From a virus (taxonomy: Duplodnaviria; Heunggongvirae; Uroviricota; Caudoviricetes), in IMG/VR virus record IMGVR_UViG_3300028898_000252, positions 285,946 to 349,945 of that record: DNA of 64,000 nucleotides; one strand, given 5' to 3'. The notes under the pieces were generated by a model. The model did not search any database. It was given only the letters and a program-made list of their open reading frames with translations, and had not been told where the DNA came from. The first letter of the stretch is position 1. Each line of letters opens with the position of its first letter. Shown in pieces: positions 1 through 10,568 of the stretch. The position numbers were made by a program, and so were the translations under genes.

Positions 1-8
1 GCTCTTCA

Positions 9-1388
9 ATGCAAGAGATTGGAATTCAAAATAGACCAATATGGATAACTGGTTCTGTTACATCTACTGGCGGTAGCGGTGGTTCTGGTGGAACAGTTAC
101 CCAGGGAAATCAAGGAACGATTCCTCAATCTTGGTATGTTCAACTTACAAACGGTTCGACAACCATTGGAACTAGTCAGGCAACAGCATTATTCGTGACT
201 GGAAACATTACTGCTTCAATATCTGGAATTCCTACGATTACAGGCTCTGTAGCAGTTGTTTCTTTTCCTTCCTTTGGAACAAATGGTGGATCGATACCTT
301 CTGTTGGAAACTTAATTGGAGGAACATCAACAGGTACAGATTTTAGAGTTTTATCAACTGATACAACTGGAAAATTAAATGTAAATGCTACATTGTCAAA
401 TCCATCCGTTGGAGGAACAGGATCAATTGCTCCATATTCTGCCTCTTTAAATGGCTTAAAAGATCTATCTGGCAATATTCGCGCGGCTGCTGGCGACAAT
501 GATGGTTCTCAGTATGTTTCATTTCGAGAAAATACGGCAACTGGTACTTTAGGTTCTTTAAATGCCGCTATAACTATTGCACTTAGCGGCTCTACAAGCG
601 TAGGATTTCAATTGGCAGCAGGAACTTTAATAGGAACACTTACCGCAGAAATATCTTATGACGGCGGCACAACTTGGTCGAATACTGGTTTTTTCGATGT
701 CGATACCAAAGGTTTGCAAGATACAATAGTTTTTTCATCTGCAAATACAGCACAAACCAAAGTTCTTGTTGTTGCTCCTGGTGGTGGTCTCGCAAGAGTA
801 AGAGTTTCTGCTTATACTTCTGGCACAACAACTGGAACAATTCGTACATCAATTATACCACAAATAATTGTCTATAATTCACCGCTAGATGGAAGAAGAA
901 CGACTTATTCTGCCGCAACAGCAGTGTTTACGCCCGCCGCAACAGCAACAGATATCTTTACGATTATTGGGTCAGCTACTAAAACTATTAGAGTATTACA
1001 ACTACAAATTTCTGCAACTATTACAGCAGCTGCTTCAAATAACATATTTCTTATTAAAAGAAGCACGGCAAATACAGGGGGAACTTTTGTTGCTGCAACA
1101 AAAGTTCCCCATGATTCACAATCTGCCGCGGCAACAGCAACAGTTCAACACTATACGGCAAATCCAACCGCGCTAGGAACGATAGTTGGTAATGTAAGAA
1201 CATACAGAGGAATTATTCCAGCCTCTGCGACAGCAGTTTCAAATCCTATAGTCGTATGGGAATTCGGAACTAGACCAGCACAAGGAATTGTTTTAAGAGG
1301 AACTGGGGAGCAACTTGTTGTAAATTTAAATGCGGCGACATTTGCAGGTGGAAATATAAGCATTTCGGTAGAATGGACAGAAGAATAA
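9..1388 (+). CDS. Putative virion structural protein (tail-fibre/baseplate-like, G/S/T-rich)
   Basis: 459 aa, very rich in G/S/T/A beta-strand-like segments; first of three co-oriented long ORFs; could extend beyond the window edge. Confidence 0.55.
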   Translation: MQEIGIQNRPIWITGSVTSTGGSGGSGGTVTQGNQGTIPQSWYVQLTNGSTTIGTSQATALFVTGNITASISGIPTITGSVAVVSFPSFGTNGGSIPSVGNLIGGTSTGTDFRVLSTDTTGKLNVNATLSNPSVGGTGSIAPYSASLNGLKDLSGNIRAAAGDNDGSQYVSFRENTATGTLGSLNAAITIALSGSTSVGFQLAAGTLIGTLTAEISYDGGTTWSNTGFFDVDTKGLQDTIVFSSANTAQTKVLVVAPGGGLARVRVSAYTSGTTTGTIRTSIIPQIIVYNSPLDGRRTTYSAATAVFTPAATATDIFTIIGSATKTIRVLQLQISATITAAASNNIFLIKRSTANTGGTFVAATKVPHDSQSAAATATVQHYTANPTALGTIVGNVRTYRGIIPASATAVSNPIVVWEFGTRPAQGIVLRGTGEQLVVNLNAATFAGGNISISVEWTEE

Positions 1389-1401
1389 AAGGAAATAAAT
1401 T

Positions 1402-3078
1402 ATGATTGAATTTTCAGGGGCATTATCAAAACGATTTTATAAATGGAAACAGTTTTTAACTGTTGCGACTAATAGAGCAGGAAGAATTCAATATGATGAA
1501 GATTCCAACTTTTACTTAATTTATTTTTATGATGGGCCCGAAGTCTTTTGGACAAGAATTTGGAAAACTACAGTTCCTTCTGATATAGAAATTTCTGATG
1601 ACTATCTTGATAGCGAAAACACTGAAGATAAAATCGAATTTCTTTCACTTTCTTCTTTGTATAACCAGAGCAACATTCCTCGAACAACAAAAGGTGTCGT
1701 TGGTTCAGCTGCGGCAAAAGGATTAGGAGGATTTACACCCAACCCGAACAACAATCCAGAAGAACCTGACCCAGATGAAATTGTTTCACTTTATGCAGAT
1801 GGTGAAGGGTCTTTAGTTACAAGAGGATATGCTTTTACAGATGAAGGATCTTTTCGAGAAGATTTTGGTGGTAAAGAGTTAATTTCCTTAATAGAAGGAA
1901 TTGGAACATCTGTAGTTTCTTCGAGTCAAATAATAGGTTCAGGTTCCTTTTTTACTCAAGAATTTGATAGAGATTATTATATAAGAATTTCTGGATCTAC
2001 CGATTGGATGCGTGTTGTTAGAGTTCCAACAGATGAATCTGTGATAGTCGACACAGTTTTTGATTCCACTTTTAGTGGTTCGCTGCAAAAAACAAGATGG
2101 ATAAATATTTACACTGGATCGAACAGTGGACAAGTATCAGTGGATAATTCTCATGTTATTTTATCCGCAAGTTCGACAATAAGTGAATCAGTTGGAATTA
2201 AACGATTTGCTGATTATGGTCCAATGTTTTCGATTTTAAGAGGAAAGCAAAATCAAAGACTTGATGGACAAAAATCATTTTTTGGATTTAGAGATAATAT
2301 AGAAACTCCAAATGCTCAAACAATTGTCTGTTTCGAAGGAAGCGATAATACAAAAATTAAATTTATTACTTCTACAGTATCTTCTTCAAATGAAGAAAAC
2401 ACAGAAATAAGTACACTTACCTTACCAGCAAGTTTAACAACAGAGTTAGATATAACTTATAAAATTAGCGTAACCCCAGATTATTGTTCACTTACAGTGA
2501 ATGATGTTTTTTTAAGTAAGCATACTGTACATATCCCTGGCCCTTATTCCGAAATGGAACTAGTTTCAGGTATTGTCAATATCACAACTTCAAGTTCTGA
2601 CACTCATTTAATGTTTGATTCGATTTATTTTTCAAATCAAAATCAACTACAAATAGCTTCGTCTTTTACGGAACCAGTGCCGATAGTTGTAAAAGAAGAT
2701 TTGCATAATGTTACTGGGAAACTCACTACAAATTCTACAACTTCTGACCAAGTTATCATTGAATATAACGTTCCAACTGGAAAAGTTTTTTATTTAATAG
2801 GTTATTACATATCTGTTGAAGGTGGGGCAGACGCAAATCCAATGAAAATTGGAAGAAACAATATTAGTTCAGAACCGATTGTAAGTGGATCAGTTGATTC
2901 TAATATATTTAGAATTTTTAATGTTCCCGCCTCAATGGCAGTTCCACTCGATATTGATTTCGGTGGAAATCCAAGAAGATTGGCAACAGAGGGAGACACG
3001 GTTAAAGTAACAGTAACTCCTGCTTCAAGCGTTTCAACAACTTGGCGTGTTGGACTTGACTATGTTTTAAGATCATAA
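1402..3078 (+). CDS. Putative virion structural protein with beta-sandwich/lectin-like region
   Basis: 558 aa ORF, AAGGAA RBS, S/T-rich beta content. Confidence 0.5.
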   Translation: MIEFSGALSKRFYKWKQFLTVATNRAGRIQYDEDSNFYLIYFYDGPEVFWTRIWKTTVPSDIEISDDYLDSENTEDKIEFLSLSSLYNQSNIPRTTKGVVGSAAAKGLGGFTPNPNNNPEEPDPDEIVSLYADGEGSLVTRGYAFTDEGSFREDFGGKELISLIEGIGTSVVSSSQIIGSGSFFTQEFDRDYYIRISGSTDWMRVVRVPTDESVIVDTVFDSTFSGSLQKTRWINIYTGSNSGQVSVDNSHVILSASSTISESVGIKRFADYGPMFSILRGKQNQRLDGQKSFFGFRDNIETPNAQTIVCFEGSDNTKIKFITSTVSSSNEENTEISTLTLPASLTTELDITYKISVTPDYCSLTVNDVFLSKHTVHIPGPYSEMELVSGIVNITTSSSDTHLMFDSIYFSNQNQLQIASSFTEPVPIVVKEDLHNVTGKLTTNSTTSDQVIIEYNVPTGKVFYLIGYYISVEGGADANPMKIGRNNISSEPIVSGSVDSNIFRIFNVPASMAVPLDIDFGGNPRRLATEGDTVKVTVTPASSVSTTWRVGLDYVLRS

Positions 3079-3093
3079 TTTAAAAGGGGAAAA

Positions 3094-4212
3094 ATGGCTC
3101 AGCAGAAATTACAAATAATATATACAACATTTACAGAACTAGTTTCAAAAGTTCCAACCTATTATATTCCACAAGGCGAAGGTGGATATGTTTTATGCGC
3201 AGTTGCAGAAGATTTTTACGCAACTTGTAGAATACAGAGCGGATCAACAGACGCAGTTAATTTTGAATCAGCTTATAAAATAAGTGGTTCACAAGCTGCC
3301 TCGCTTGACGATGCTTTAATTCTTGGAACTATTGCAAATGGTATTCCGCTAATTAAAAAATATCAATCTGATTCTGCCATGCCTGTAACGATTGTCGGAA
3401 GAGAAGGTTCTGAAACAAATTGGTCGACACACAACTTTTGTGATGCAACAACTTGGTATGCTGATTCTGTTCGCATAGAAGAAGTTCTATTTAACGCTGG
3501 AGACAATCTTATATTTTCTGGTTCGCATCAAAAATGGATAAACATGTATGGTGGAAAAGTGTTTGACGAAGGAGCATTGGTTACAGATGTTGACCACGGT
3601 TATTTGGTAAATGTAATTGTTGGCGGGGTAACAATGTCGGCCCAAAATCAGTTTACTCAAACTGGTGGAGACTATTCAATAAACTTTAGAAGTGGATCTA
3701 TTACATTTTTTTCTCCTGTCACTTCTTCTGTTACGTGTTCGTATTCTTATGCAAATGGATCTTCATGGTATTTAACACCTGAGCCAACAAAAGCACTGGA
3801 TATTGAACAATCCGAAATTCAATTTTCTGAAAATGTTTTAATGAATGATCGAGTTAATTTTATTGTCGAAGGACCAATTGATATTTTCGCCCCACAACTT
3901 TTAATATCAAATGGAGGACCATACCCATCTGGAACACTAATTCCAGTAGAAACAACATGGTATGACACCATATATCAAATGGTTGATGAAGCACTAGGCA
4001 GCTATCCAATTATTCCAGCAATTGGAGGACCAGCAAGAGGAATAAGTTCATCAATTTTCGGGTTTCCTTTTACATATAATGCTGTAAGAAGACTTCGAAG
4101 TGTATATGGTCTTAGACTTAAAGTCAAACTCGATAATGACCTGGAATTTGGTGGGGATCGAGCAACTGCAACATTTTATTGTGTGGCAAGAAATGAATCT
4201 GATTTAGGTTAA
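3094..4212 (+). CDS. Putative virion structural protein
   Basis: 372 aa ORF, AAGGGG RBS, same operon. Confidence 0.5.
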   Translation: MAQQKLQIIYTTFTELVSKVPTYYIPQGEGGYVLCAVAEDFYATCRIQSGSTDAVNFESAYKISGSQAASLDDALILGTIANGIPLIKKYQSDSAMPVTIVGREGSETNWSTHNFCDATTWYADSVRIEEVLFNAGDNLIFSGSHQKWINMYGGKVFDEGALVTDVDHGYLVNVIVGGVTMSAQNQFTQTGGDYSINFRSGSITFFSPVTSSVTCSYSYANGSSWYLTPEPTKALDIEQSEIQFSENVLMNDRVNFIVEGPIDIFAPQLLISNGGPYPSGTLIPVETTWYDTIYQMVDEALGSYPIIPAIGGPARGISSSIFGFPFTYNAVRRLRSVYGLRLKVKLDNDLEFGGDRATATFYCVARNESDLG

Positions 4213-4214
4213 AA

Positions 4215-4763
4215 TTATTTTAAAGATTTATATTCTTTCATAAGTTTCCCAAATTTCTCTTTCTTTTCTTCAAATTCATCTGATTCCGAGTCTATTTCTT
4301 GAATTTCTTCTTTCAGTTTTAACATGGCCTCTAAAATTTGTTGTTTTGTTTTCACAGAATTTACAGAAACAGTTAGTTTTGCTGTTTGTTTTTCTTGTAA
4401 TTTTTCAGTTTTTGCACTTTCGTTTTGAAAGTTTCCAATTTTTACTTTTGGACGTTCTTTACCACGAATAAAAGTTTCAAGTGGCTCGAAAACTTGTCCG
4501 TCAATCATAACTTGTAATTTGCTTTTATAAAGTACCGATTCTTGCAAATTTGTTTTTAGCGGCGGAATTAAAACATTAAAAGATTCCGATTCTTCATTGT
4601 AAAGTGCCTCAAACATAAAAGCAATCTCCTTATCCTGTATAATAAATTTACACTCCTGAAGTTCTTCATTTCCAGAACCTTCCAAAGATAAATCAAAACT
4701 TAATTTATTATATTTTGTTAAGTCTATTTCAATTGGTTTTTCATTTTCCATTTTATTACTCAT
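4215..4763 (-). CDS. Hypothetical protein (late-type; N-terminal beta domain, charged C-terminal helices)
   Basis: 182 aa ORF; TAATTA 3 nt before ATG. Confidence 0.7.
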   Translation of the reverse strand: MSNKMENEKPIEIDLTKYNKLSFDLSLEGSGNEELQECKFIIQDKEIAFMFEALYNEESESFNVLIPPLKTNLQESVLYKSKLQVMIDGQVFEPLETFIRGKERPKVKIGNFQNESAKTEKLQEKQTAKLTVSVNSVKTKQQILEAMLKLKEEIQEIDSESDEFEEKKEKFGKLMKEYKSLK

Positions 4764-4777
4764 AACTAATTATTTTA

Positions 4778-5167
4778 CTAAATTTTTATAACTTTATTAA
4801 ATTTCACAATGAATTTTTTATCAGGATAAACAATTGTTTCTGTAATGTTTTTCACTTCTGCTACAAGAGTTTTTGCATCGCTTAAATTATCTTTTTCTAA
4901 TATCTTCATTAAAGAAATATGTTCCTTGTCGTTAACTTTTACTTTTATTTGAACTTTAATTTTTTTCTTTTTAAAAGTTTCTAACCAGTTAAGAATTTGT
5001 TCTGGTGTGAAATATGGATATGCAAGATAGCCAGTAGAGGCAGAACCGCCAGAAATTCCTATTGGAACTATTTCTGGTTCAATTACAATTTCACAGTCTG
5101 GGTGGTCATAGCAAATAACATCATCATAAAGATATAAATCAGAATCATAGTCTACTAGATCTGCCAT
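4778..5167 (-). CDS. Hypothetical protein
   Basis: 129 aa ORF; TAATTA upstream. Confidence 0.65.
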   Translation of the reverse strand: MADLVDYDSDLYLYDDVICYDHPDCEIVIEPEIVPIGISGGSASTGYLAYPYFTPEQILNWLETFKKKKIKVQIKVKVNDKEHISLMKILEKDNLSDAKTLVAEVKNITETIVYPDKKFIVKFNKVIKI

Positions 5168-5203
5168 TTGTTAGTTAATTACATTAAAGGAATTATTACG
5201 TTT

Positions 5204-6070
5204 ATGAACAAAGAGATGAAAAAAATATTGGTTTTAAGTGGTGGTGGTGCTTATGGCAGCTATCAAATTGGCGTCTTGAAAGCTCTTTTGGAAAAAAATT
5301 TAGCTGGCTGGGATATTGTTGCAGGTGTTTCTGTTGGTGCAATAAACACTTTATGGCTAAGTTCTTTTAATAAAGAAGAAATTAAAGATGCAATTACTTC
5401 ACTTGAAACTTTATGGGGAACATTAATAAAAGGAAATAAATCAATTTATAAACCTTGGTATTTTAAACCTTTAAATTATCTTGCTTCTTTTTGGAAAGGC
5501 TCATTATATAATACAAAACCACTTTTAAATTTACTTAAAACGAATTCTAATCTTGAAAAACTTAATTTTTCAAATGTGTCTTCTTATGTTGGCGCGGTTT
5601 CTTTGAATTCAGGAAACTTTTCGCTGATTGATATTAAAAATAACGATAAAGCTTTGGAATGGGTGCTGGCTTCAGCCAGTATGCCAATGCTATTCAATCC
5701 AATTGAAATCAATTCAGAAAAATGGGTTGATGGAGGTGTAAAATCAGTTACTCCTCTTAAAGAAATTATAAACGAAATTGGAATAGAAAATATTTCACAC
5801 ATTGATGTAATTCTTGCTAATCCAACAACTTTAGACAAAAATCAAAAGAAATTCACATCTGTGATAGAAGTTGCAACCTCCTGTTTAGAAGGAGCGGTAA
5901 ATGAAATTATGATCACGGATCTTGATATTGATATTGAGTCGTTTAAAGGCACATACTCAATTTATAAACCAGAATCTCATTTAGAATTCGATGCCTTTAA
6001 TTTCGATCCAAAGGAACTTAAAAAGGCAATAATCAAAGGCTATGAAGAAACACTTAAGAAATTAAAATAA
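5204..6070 (+). CDS. Patatin-like phospholipase
   Basis: Gly-rich loop LSGGGAYG, nucleophile elbow GVSVG, ASASMP, catalytic DGG; ATG at 5204 preferred over TTG 5168. Confidence 0.92.
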   Translation: MNKEMKKILVLSGGGAYGSYQIGVLKALLEKNLAGWDIVAGVSVGAINTLWLSSFNKEEIKDAITSLETLWGTLIKGNKSIYKPWYFKPLNYLASFWKGSLYNTKPLLNLLKTNSNLEKLNFSNVSSYVGAVSLNSGNFSLIDIKNNDKALEWVLASASMPMLFNPIEINSEKWVDGGVKSVTPLKEIINEIGIENISHIDVILANPTTLDKNQKKFTSVIEVATSCLEGAVNEIMITDLDIDIESFKGTYSIYKPESHLEFDAFNFDPKELKKAIIKGYEETLKKLK

Positions 6071-6406
6071 AGGTTTTGGAATTTTTATTTCACCTTGAAC
6101 TATAAGTGGAAAAGTAAAATAGTCATAAGGAAACAGAGAAGGGATTACCGCGTCTAAGGTATTCGAAATAATAAAAGTCTGCTCGGTTTCTCTTATTCTA
6201 AATTCAAAAGGTTCATAATAAATTCCATTCGTTCCCAAGCATTTAAATTTTATTATTAACCTATCAAAACTAATACTAACCTCTGGATCAACAACCAATA
6301 CAATTAGTGGCTGAATCGCTAACCATTCCAATATATCCTTAAAATAAGGTTTGAACTCCACACTATTAAGAATAAGTGATTTAAGATCTGATTTTTTTAC
6401 TCTCAT
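6062..6406 (-). CDS. Hypothetical protein
   Basis: 114 aa ORF overlapping its neighbours in operon fashion. Confidence 0.55.
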   Translation of the reverse strand: MRVKKSDLKSLILNSVEFKPYFKDILEWLAIQPLIVLVVDPEVSISFDRLIIKFKCLGTNGIYYEPFEFRIRETEQTFIISNTLDAVIPSLFPYDYFTFPLIVQGEIKIPKPLF

Positions 6407-6881
6407 TAAGCTTTCTCAATTCTTCTACATAAGAAGAGAAATTATCAATTTTTTCTCCAAATTTAAGACCCTTTCTTTTCTCACTCCAGGAATAATGTAC
6501 CAGCGAAGGAAAACTTTTTGCTCTTATAGAATAAGAAATGCTTACTTTTTCAATTTTGAAATAAAAACTAAAATGAGTATAATGTTCTTTAAGAGATTCT
6601 TCGTCGAGATAATTGAAAATTTGAACTTTTCCAAGTCCTGAAAAAGAATAACTTGAATCGAATATTTTTAATTCATTTAATGATGTTTCAACAATGAATG
6701 AATCAACGGGAACAATAATAACCTTGCTAGTCCAAAAATTATAATTTTCTTGATACTCTTCTACCGTTTTTTTATCTTCCGATAAAGTTTTGTTTATTCT
6801 TACTGCAAACTGTTTACTCAAGTCATTAAACAATTCTTTTTCTTCCTGCGTTATGAATAGTGGGATTTTCATCTGGTTCAT
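6381..6881 (-). CDS. Hypothetical protein
   Basis: 166 aa ORF, AAGGA RBS. Confidence 0.7.
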   Translation of the reverse strand: MNQMKIPLFITQEEKELFNDLSKQFAVRINKTLSEDKKTVEEYQENYNFWTSKVIIVPVDSFIVETSLNELKIFDSSYSFSGLGKVQIFNYLDEESLKEHYTHFSFYFKIEKVSISYSIRAKSFPSLVHYSWSEKRKGLKFGEKIDNFSSYVEELRKLNESKKIRS

Positions 6882-6886
6882 TTTTT

Positions 6887-7270
6887 TTATTCCTTGTTTG
6901 TGTAATACTTAAACAATTTTAATAACTCATTTTTGATTATTGGCTTGTTCAAATTCGTTTCATAAATGTTTGGCGTTACAGAAAAAACTACATTCTCTTC
7001 GTTTTCGACATAGAGAAAAATTTCACATAAACTATTTGAATATTTTTTGATAGAAACCTCGTCTAAAAATAAATCAAAAATAGAAAACTGTATCGAAATT
7101 TTTTCTTGAGAAAATGCTACAGAAACGCTTTGTGAAGGTTCCGTCCCTAAAAAAATTTTATTTTTTATATTTGGGTTATTTAGGTTGGGAGAATATATTG
7201 AACGACACAAGTCAAAAACTTGATATGTTAATTTTTCAATACTAGTTTCTGGTTTGTTGTTTATCGACAT
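6887..7270 (-). CDS. Hypothetical protein
   Basis: 127 aa ORF downstream of a sigma70-like promoter. Confidence 0.7.
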   Translation of the reverse strand: MSINNKPETSIEKLTYQVFDLCRSIYSPNLNNPNIKNKIFLGTEPSQSVSVAFSQEKISIQFSIFDLFLDEVSIKKYSNSLCEIFLYVENEENVVFSVTPNIYETNLNKPIIKNELLKLFKYYTNKE

Positions 7271-7283
7271 TGGAAACTAGTGC

Positions 7284-7312
7284 AGTTTAGTGACTGAAAA
7301 TGTTCGAGTCAA
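7284..7312 (-). promoter_or_regulatory. sigma70-like promoter
   Basis: TTGACT-N17-TAAACT. Confidence 0.6.
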
Positions 7313-7341
7313 GTACTTGTTTTCTTGAAATTTGTCGAATC

Positions 7342-8526
7342 TTAGCGCAATAAATTTTCGATTGAAATAACAGATTCTGGGGCAACTCTATACTCTTCCA
7401 TACTTTCCAGGTATTTAATATTCGGATCTTTCATGTTCACTTTACAAACTAAGATTCCAACATTTTCTACGGTTTTATTTTTAAAAACATTCATTAAATT
7501 AGAAGAATCAAAAAATACAGGATCGTACCTATCTGAATAAGCCAAATAATACCGATAATAATCAAATATTTGATTTATCGTTAATCTTTCTAAATTCTTT
7601 TCTTCCGAATAAATCGGCCAATTTAAATCAATCGTGTCTGCGACACCAGCTTGCATTGCTAAAGTTTTAAGATCATAAATATCTATTTTGCCTTGGGCAA
7701 TTAAAATTGCCTCCTTTAAACATCTTGCAATTTCTTTTGCGATATATAAATCAGCAGTGAAAGAAATAGCAAAATTGCCAGCTTTATCCCTGTTGTGCCC
7801 GCCAATACCTTCAATTTCTTGCGCTGTTACATTTTTTCTAAAGCCATTTTCAAATATTTCTTTTGCATTTGTCGAGGCATGATATAAAGTTTCTACGTCT
7901 TCAAGGTTTTTATGTTCTAAATCTTTTTCGTCATATGCTAAAATCGTTTGTTGAAGTCTTTCTAATTTAGGGATAGCAAATTCAATTATTAGTTTACCAA
8001 GTTCATTAACGGCTATTGCTAAATTTTTTATTGAGAGATAAAGGTCGTGTGGTAAAATATGGTTGTTGTCAATAATTTCTGATTCGAGCTCATTTAAATT
8101 TTCTAAAATTTTATTTGAAAATTGATAAAAATTTTCAAAATCTTCTTGAAAAAACTTAAGATCTTGAATAATATATTTTAAAAAATCTGCGCTTCTTGAA
8201 TTTGACTTAGCAAGAGAAAACAAGTTTTGTACCCTGCTTGTTAAGTGCTCATTGTTTCGATTTATATTTCTTTTAAAGTTTTTTACTTGATATTTTAAGT
8301 CATCAAAACTATATGAAGCTAAGGGGGCTAAAATGTTGTCAAGATAATATTCTTTATCTCTTCTTTCATAAGACTCATCTTCTTCTAGAAATTTATTAAT
8401 TTCTTCATAACTGGAAATAATTTCGTGTTCGTATTTTAATATTCTTTTAGATAGGTTTTCGAAAAATAACTTTACGTTTCTTGGTTTAAAAGTAAATTTT
8501 TCAAACACGAAATTATATATTTGCAT
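7342..8526 (-). CDS. Putative internal head protein with C-terminal ADP-ribosyltransferase-like domain
   Basis: Starts MQIYNFVFE; helical N-half; C-half LYHAST..IFENGF..ISFTADLYIA..EEYRV resembles ART strand order. Confidence 0.5.
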   Translation of the reverse strand: MQIYNFVFEKFTFKPRNVKLFFENLSKRILKYEHEIISSYEEINKFLEEDESYERRDKEYYLDNILAPLASYSFDDLKYQVKNFKRNINRNNEHLTSRVQNLFSLAKSNSRSADFLKYIIQDLKFFQEDFENFYQFSNKILENLNELESEIIDNNHILPHDLYLSIKNLAIAVNELGKLIIEFAIPKLERLQQTILAYDEKDLEHKNLEDVETLYHASTNAKEIFENGFRKNVTAQEIEGIGGHNRDKAGNFAISFTADLYIAKEIARCLKEAILIAQGKIDIYDLKTLAMQAGVADTIDLNWPIYSEEKNLERLTINQIFDYYRYYLAYSDRYDPVFFDSSNLMNVFKNKTVENVGILVCKVNMKDPNIKYLESMEEYRVAPESVISIENLLR

Positions 8527-8533
8527 TACTATT

Positions 8534-9823
8534 TTAACTAGTTGTATCAATTGTTGCTAATAGCAATTCTGGTGGACTAATTCCACCACTAAGATCTGGT
8601 CGATCTCTAAAATAAGAAAAGTTTTCGATAGTTCTAAAAAATGACTTGAATGCATTTAAGGATTTGAAAAGTTTTCCTAGTTTTTGGGGAAAGAGTAATT
8701 CGACATTTTCTTTTTCTTCAAGAAACTGTTTAATTGATTGTATTGCAACACTTCCCTGAATTGCCATAAGATTAGTTTTTTCTTTCGGCAAAACACTAAA
8801 ACCATACATGTGATTTTTATTAGACTTAACAAAAGATAAAAATGAATTTAATCCATTTAAAAGTTTCACAATCCATTCTGTAAGCCATCTATTTCTATTG
8901 TTTAATTTAAACTCTTCTAGATATTTTTTTATTTGGATACAAAGTTTTATAAAAGATATTTTAAAATTCTGTTCGGCGATGGTTAACTCTTCAGGAGAAC
9001 TTTCTGCTATTGATAACAAACCTTCGTATGTTTTCCACGCAGTGTATAAATTTTCATAGAGCGAGCCTGAAAAACTTCTAATTTGTTTAGAAACATCTGT
9101 TGATGATAGATCTGAGTATCTTTGTTTCAATTCTTGAAATTCAGGATTTCTATATATCATATTTCTAAAAACACTACTTATTGCGGCGTTTAAAGCTTCT
9201 GTTTCTTTGGTAATAAAACTATTATAAATATCAATTTTTTCATTAACTTTTTCTTCTATTAATTTCTCAACAAGATTTTTAATTTTCAAATCAACCAGTT
9301 TATTTGGATCATGCGAATCGTTTTCCGAGTAAATTTTTTCTATATAAGATCTAATTTCTTCATAACTCGATAATGTTTGAAGACCAAGTATTCTAAAAAG
9401 AGCTTCCTGATAATCCTCAAGAGTTTTAAATCTTAAATTTTTGGTAAATAATTTTATTGATGTTAAATCTTGTCCAAGCAGAAAAGTTAAATTTCCCATT
9501 TCTTCTAATATTCTTTTTAATTTATCCAGCAAATCAATATAGTTTGTATCAACACGAAATAAAAGTTTCAGTTTTGGATGACTTGTAAAATATTCAAGTA
9601 GAAGATCGTAATATTTTGACTCAAAATGATAAAAAATTTGTTGATTTGGAATGACATGTTTATAATTTCTAGAAAATTGATTATGTGCAAAATTTTTTAA
9701 ACTATCATGCATTTTCTCATTTGGAACAATTGTATCTATAAAGTCTTGAACAGTTGAGTTAATATCTAAATCTTCTTTTATTTCAGTTTCAAATATAAAA
9801 CTATAAAGAACTTTCTTGGTCAT
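8534..9823 (-). CDS. Hypothetical helical protein with LxxFIFE N-terminal peptide
   Basis: 429 aa; MTKKVLYSFIFE; TATTTA upstream. Confidence 0.75.
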   Translation of the reverse strand: MTKKVLYSFIFETEIKEDLDINSTVQDFIDTIVPNEKMHDSLKNFAHNQFSRNYKHVIPNQQIFYHFESKYYDLLLEYFTSHPKLKLLFRVDTNYIDLLDKLKRILEEMGNLTFLLGQDLTSIKLFTKNLRFKTLEDYQEALFRILGLQTLSSYEEIRSYIEKIYSENDSHDPNKLVDLKIKNLVEKLIEEKVNEKIDIYNSFITKETEALNAAISSVFRNMIYRNPEFQELKQRYSDLSSTDVSKQIRSFSGSLYENLYTAWKTYEGLLSIAESSPEELTIAEQNFKISFIKLCIQIKKYLEEFKLNNRNRWLTEWIVKLLNGLNSFLSFVKSNKNHMYGFSVLPKEKTNLMAIQGSVAIQSIKQFLEEKENVELLFPQKLGKLFKSLNAFKSFFRTIENFSYFRDRPDLSGGISPPELLLATIDTTS

Positions 9824-9981
9824 TTCTTTTTTTAAATAGAAAATACTGAAAATAAAAATTAAAAACTTTAATTTTATTCAAAGTTTTGAGTTTTATCGTT
9901 TTTTAAATTATATTAGCATTTTTCTACTCGGTTAAACCTCGACCTGTTGCACCAGAAATATAGAGAGGCTATCTTATCAGG

Positions 9982-10566
9982 ATGGAAGAAGAAAACAGAG
10001 GTAACGAACTTATTGTTACTGTTGATGACATTACAGCCGAAGCCGATCTTGTATTTGAAAAATACGAAACACAAAACCATACTGGAAAAATAATTGCTCG
10101 CGACAAATCTGACAGATACGTAATTTGGCATATGCAAAACGGCAAGCTACATCGCACATCGGGACCAGCCAGAATTTTTGGTTTTAGACATTCAAAAGAA
10201 TGTGATTATTTTTATGAAGGTAAAGAATACGGAACCGAAATTCGCGACGACACGGGAACTAAAATTTTAGTTTGCGACAATTTGGTATTTTTAGACAAAT
10301 ATATCATATTAAAAGAGTATGAAAAGGATGGAATTAAATTTTATGATCTTCTAGGAGAAGATAAAATCTCTTTTTCGGTTCCAAACATTAAAGGACTGAT
10401 TCAAAATTCAAAAGAAGAATATAAACAGAAAAATACCATTTATCATATGGGTGCGGAAAAGTTTTACTCTTCTTTTGATGAGTTTGAAACAGAATTTTGG
10501 AACAAGCTTATGGATGGAACACTCGATCCTAAAAATGAATTGTTTCAAATAATAGAAAACCTTTAA
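9982..10566 (+). CDS. HRxxGPA-repeat family protein (single divergent repeat)
   Basis: NHTGKII...NGKLHRTSGPA. Confidence 0.7.
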   Translation: MEEENRGNELIVTVDDITAEADLVFEKYETQNHTGKIIARDKSDRYVIWHMQNGKLHRTSGPARIFGFRHSKECDYFYEGKEYGTEIRDDTGTKILVCDNLVFLDKYIILKEYEKDGIKFYDLLGEDKISFSVPNIKGLIQNSKEEYKQKNTIYHMGAEKFYSSFDEFETEFWNKLMDGTLDPKNELFQIIENL

Positions 10567-10568
10567 TT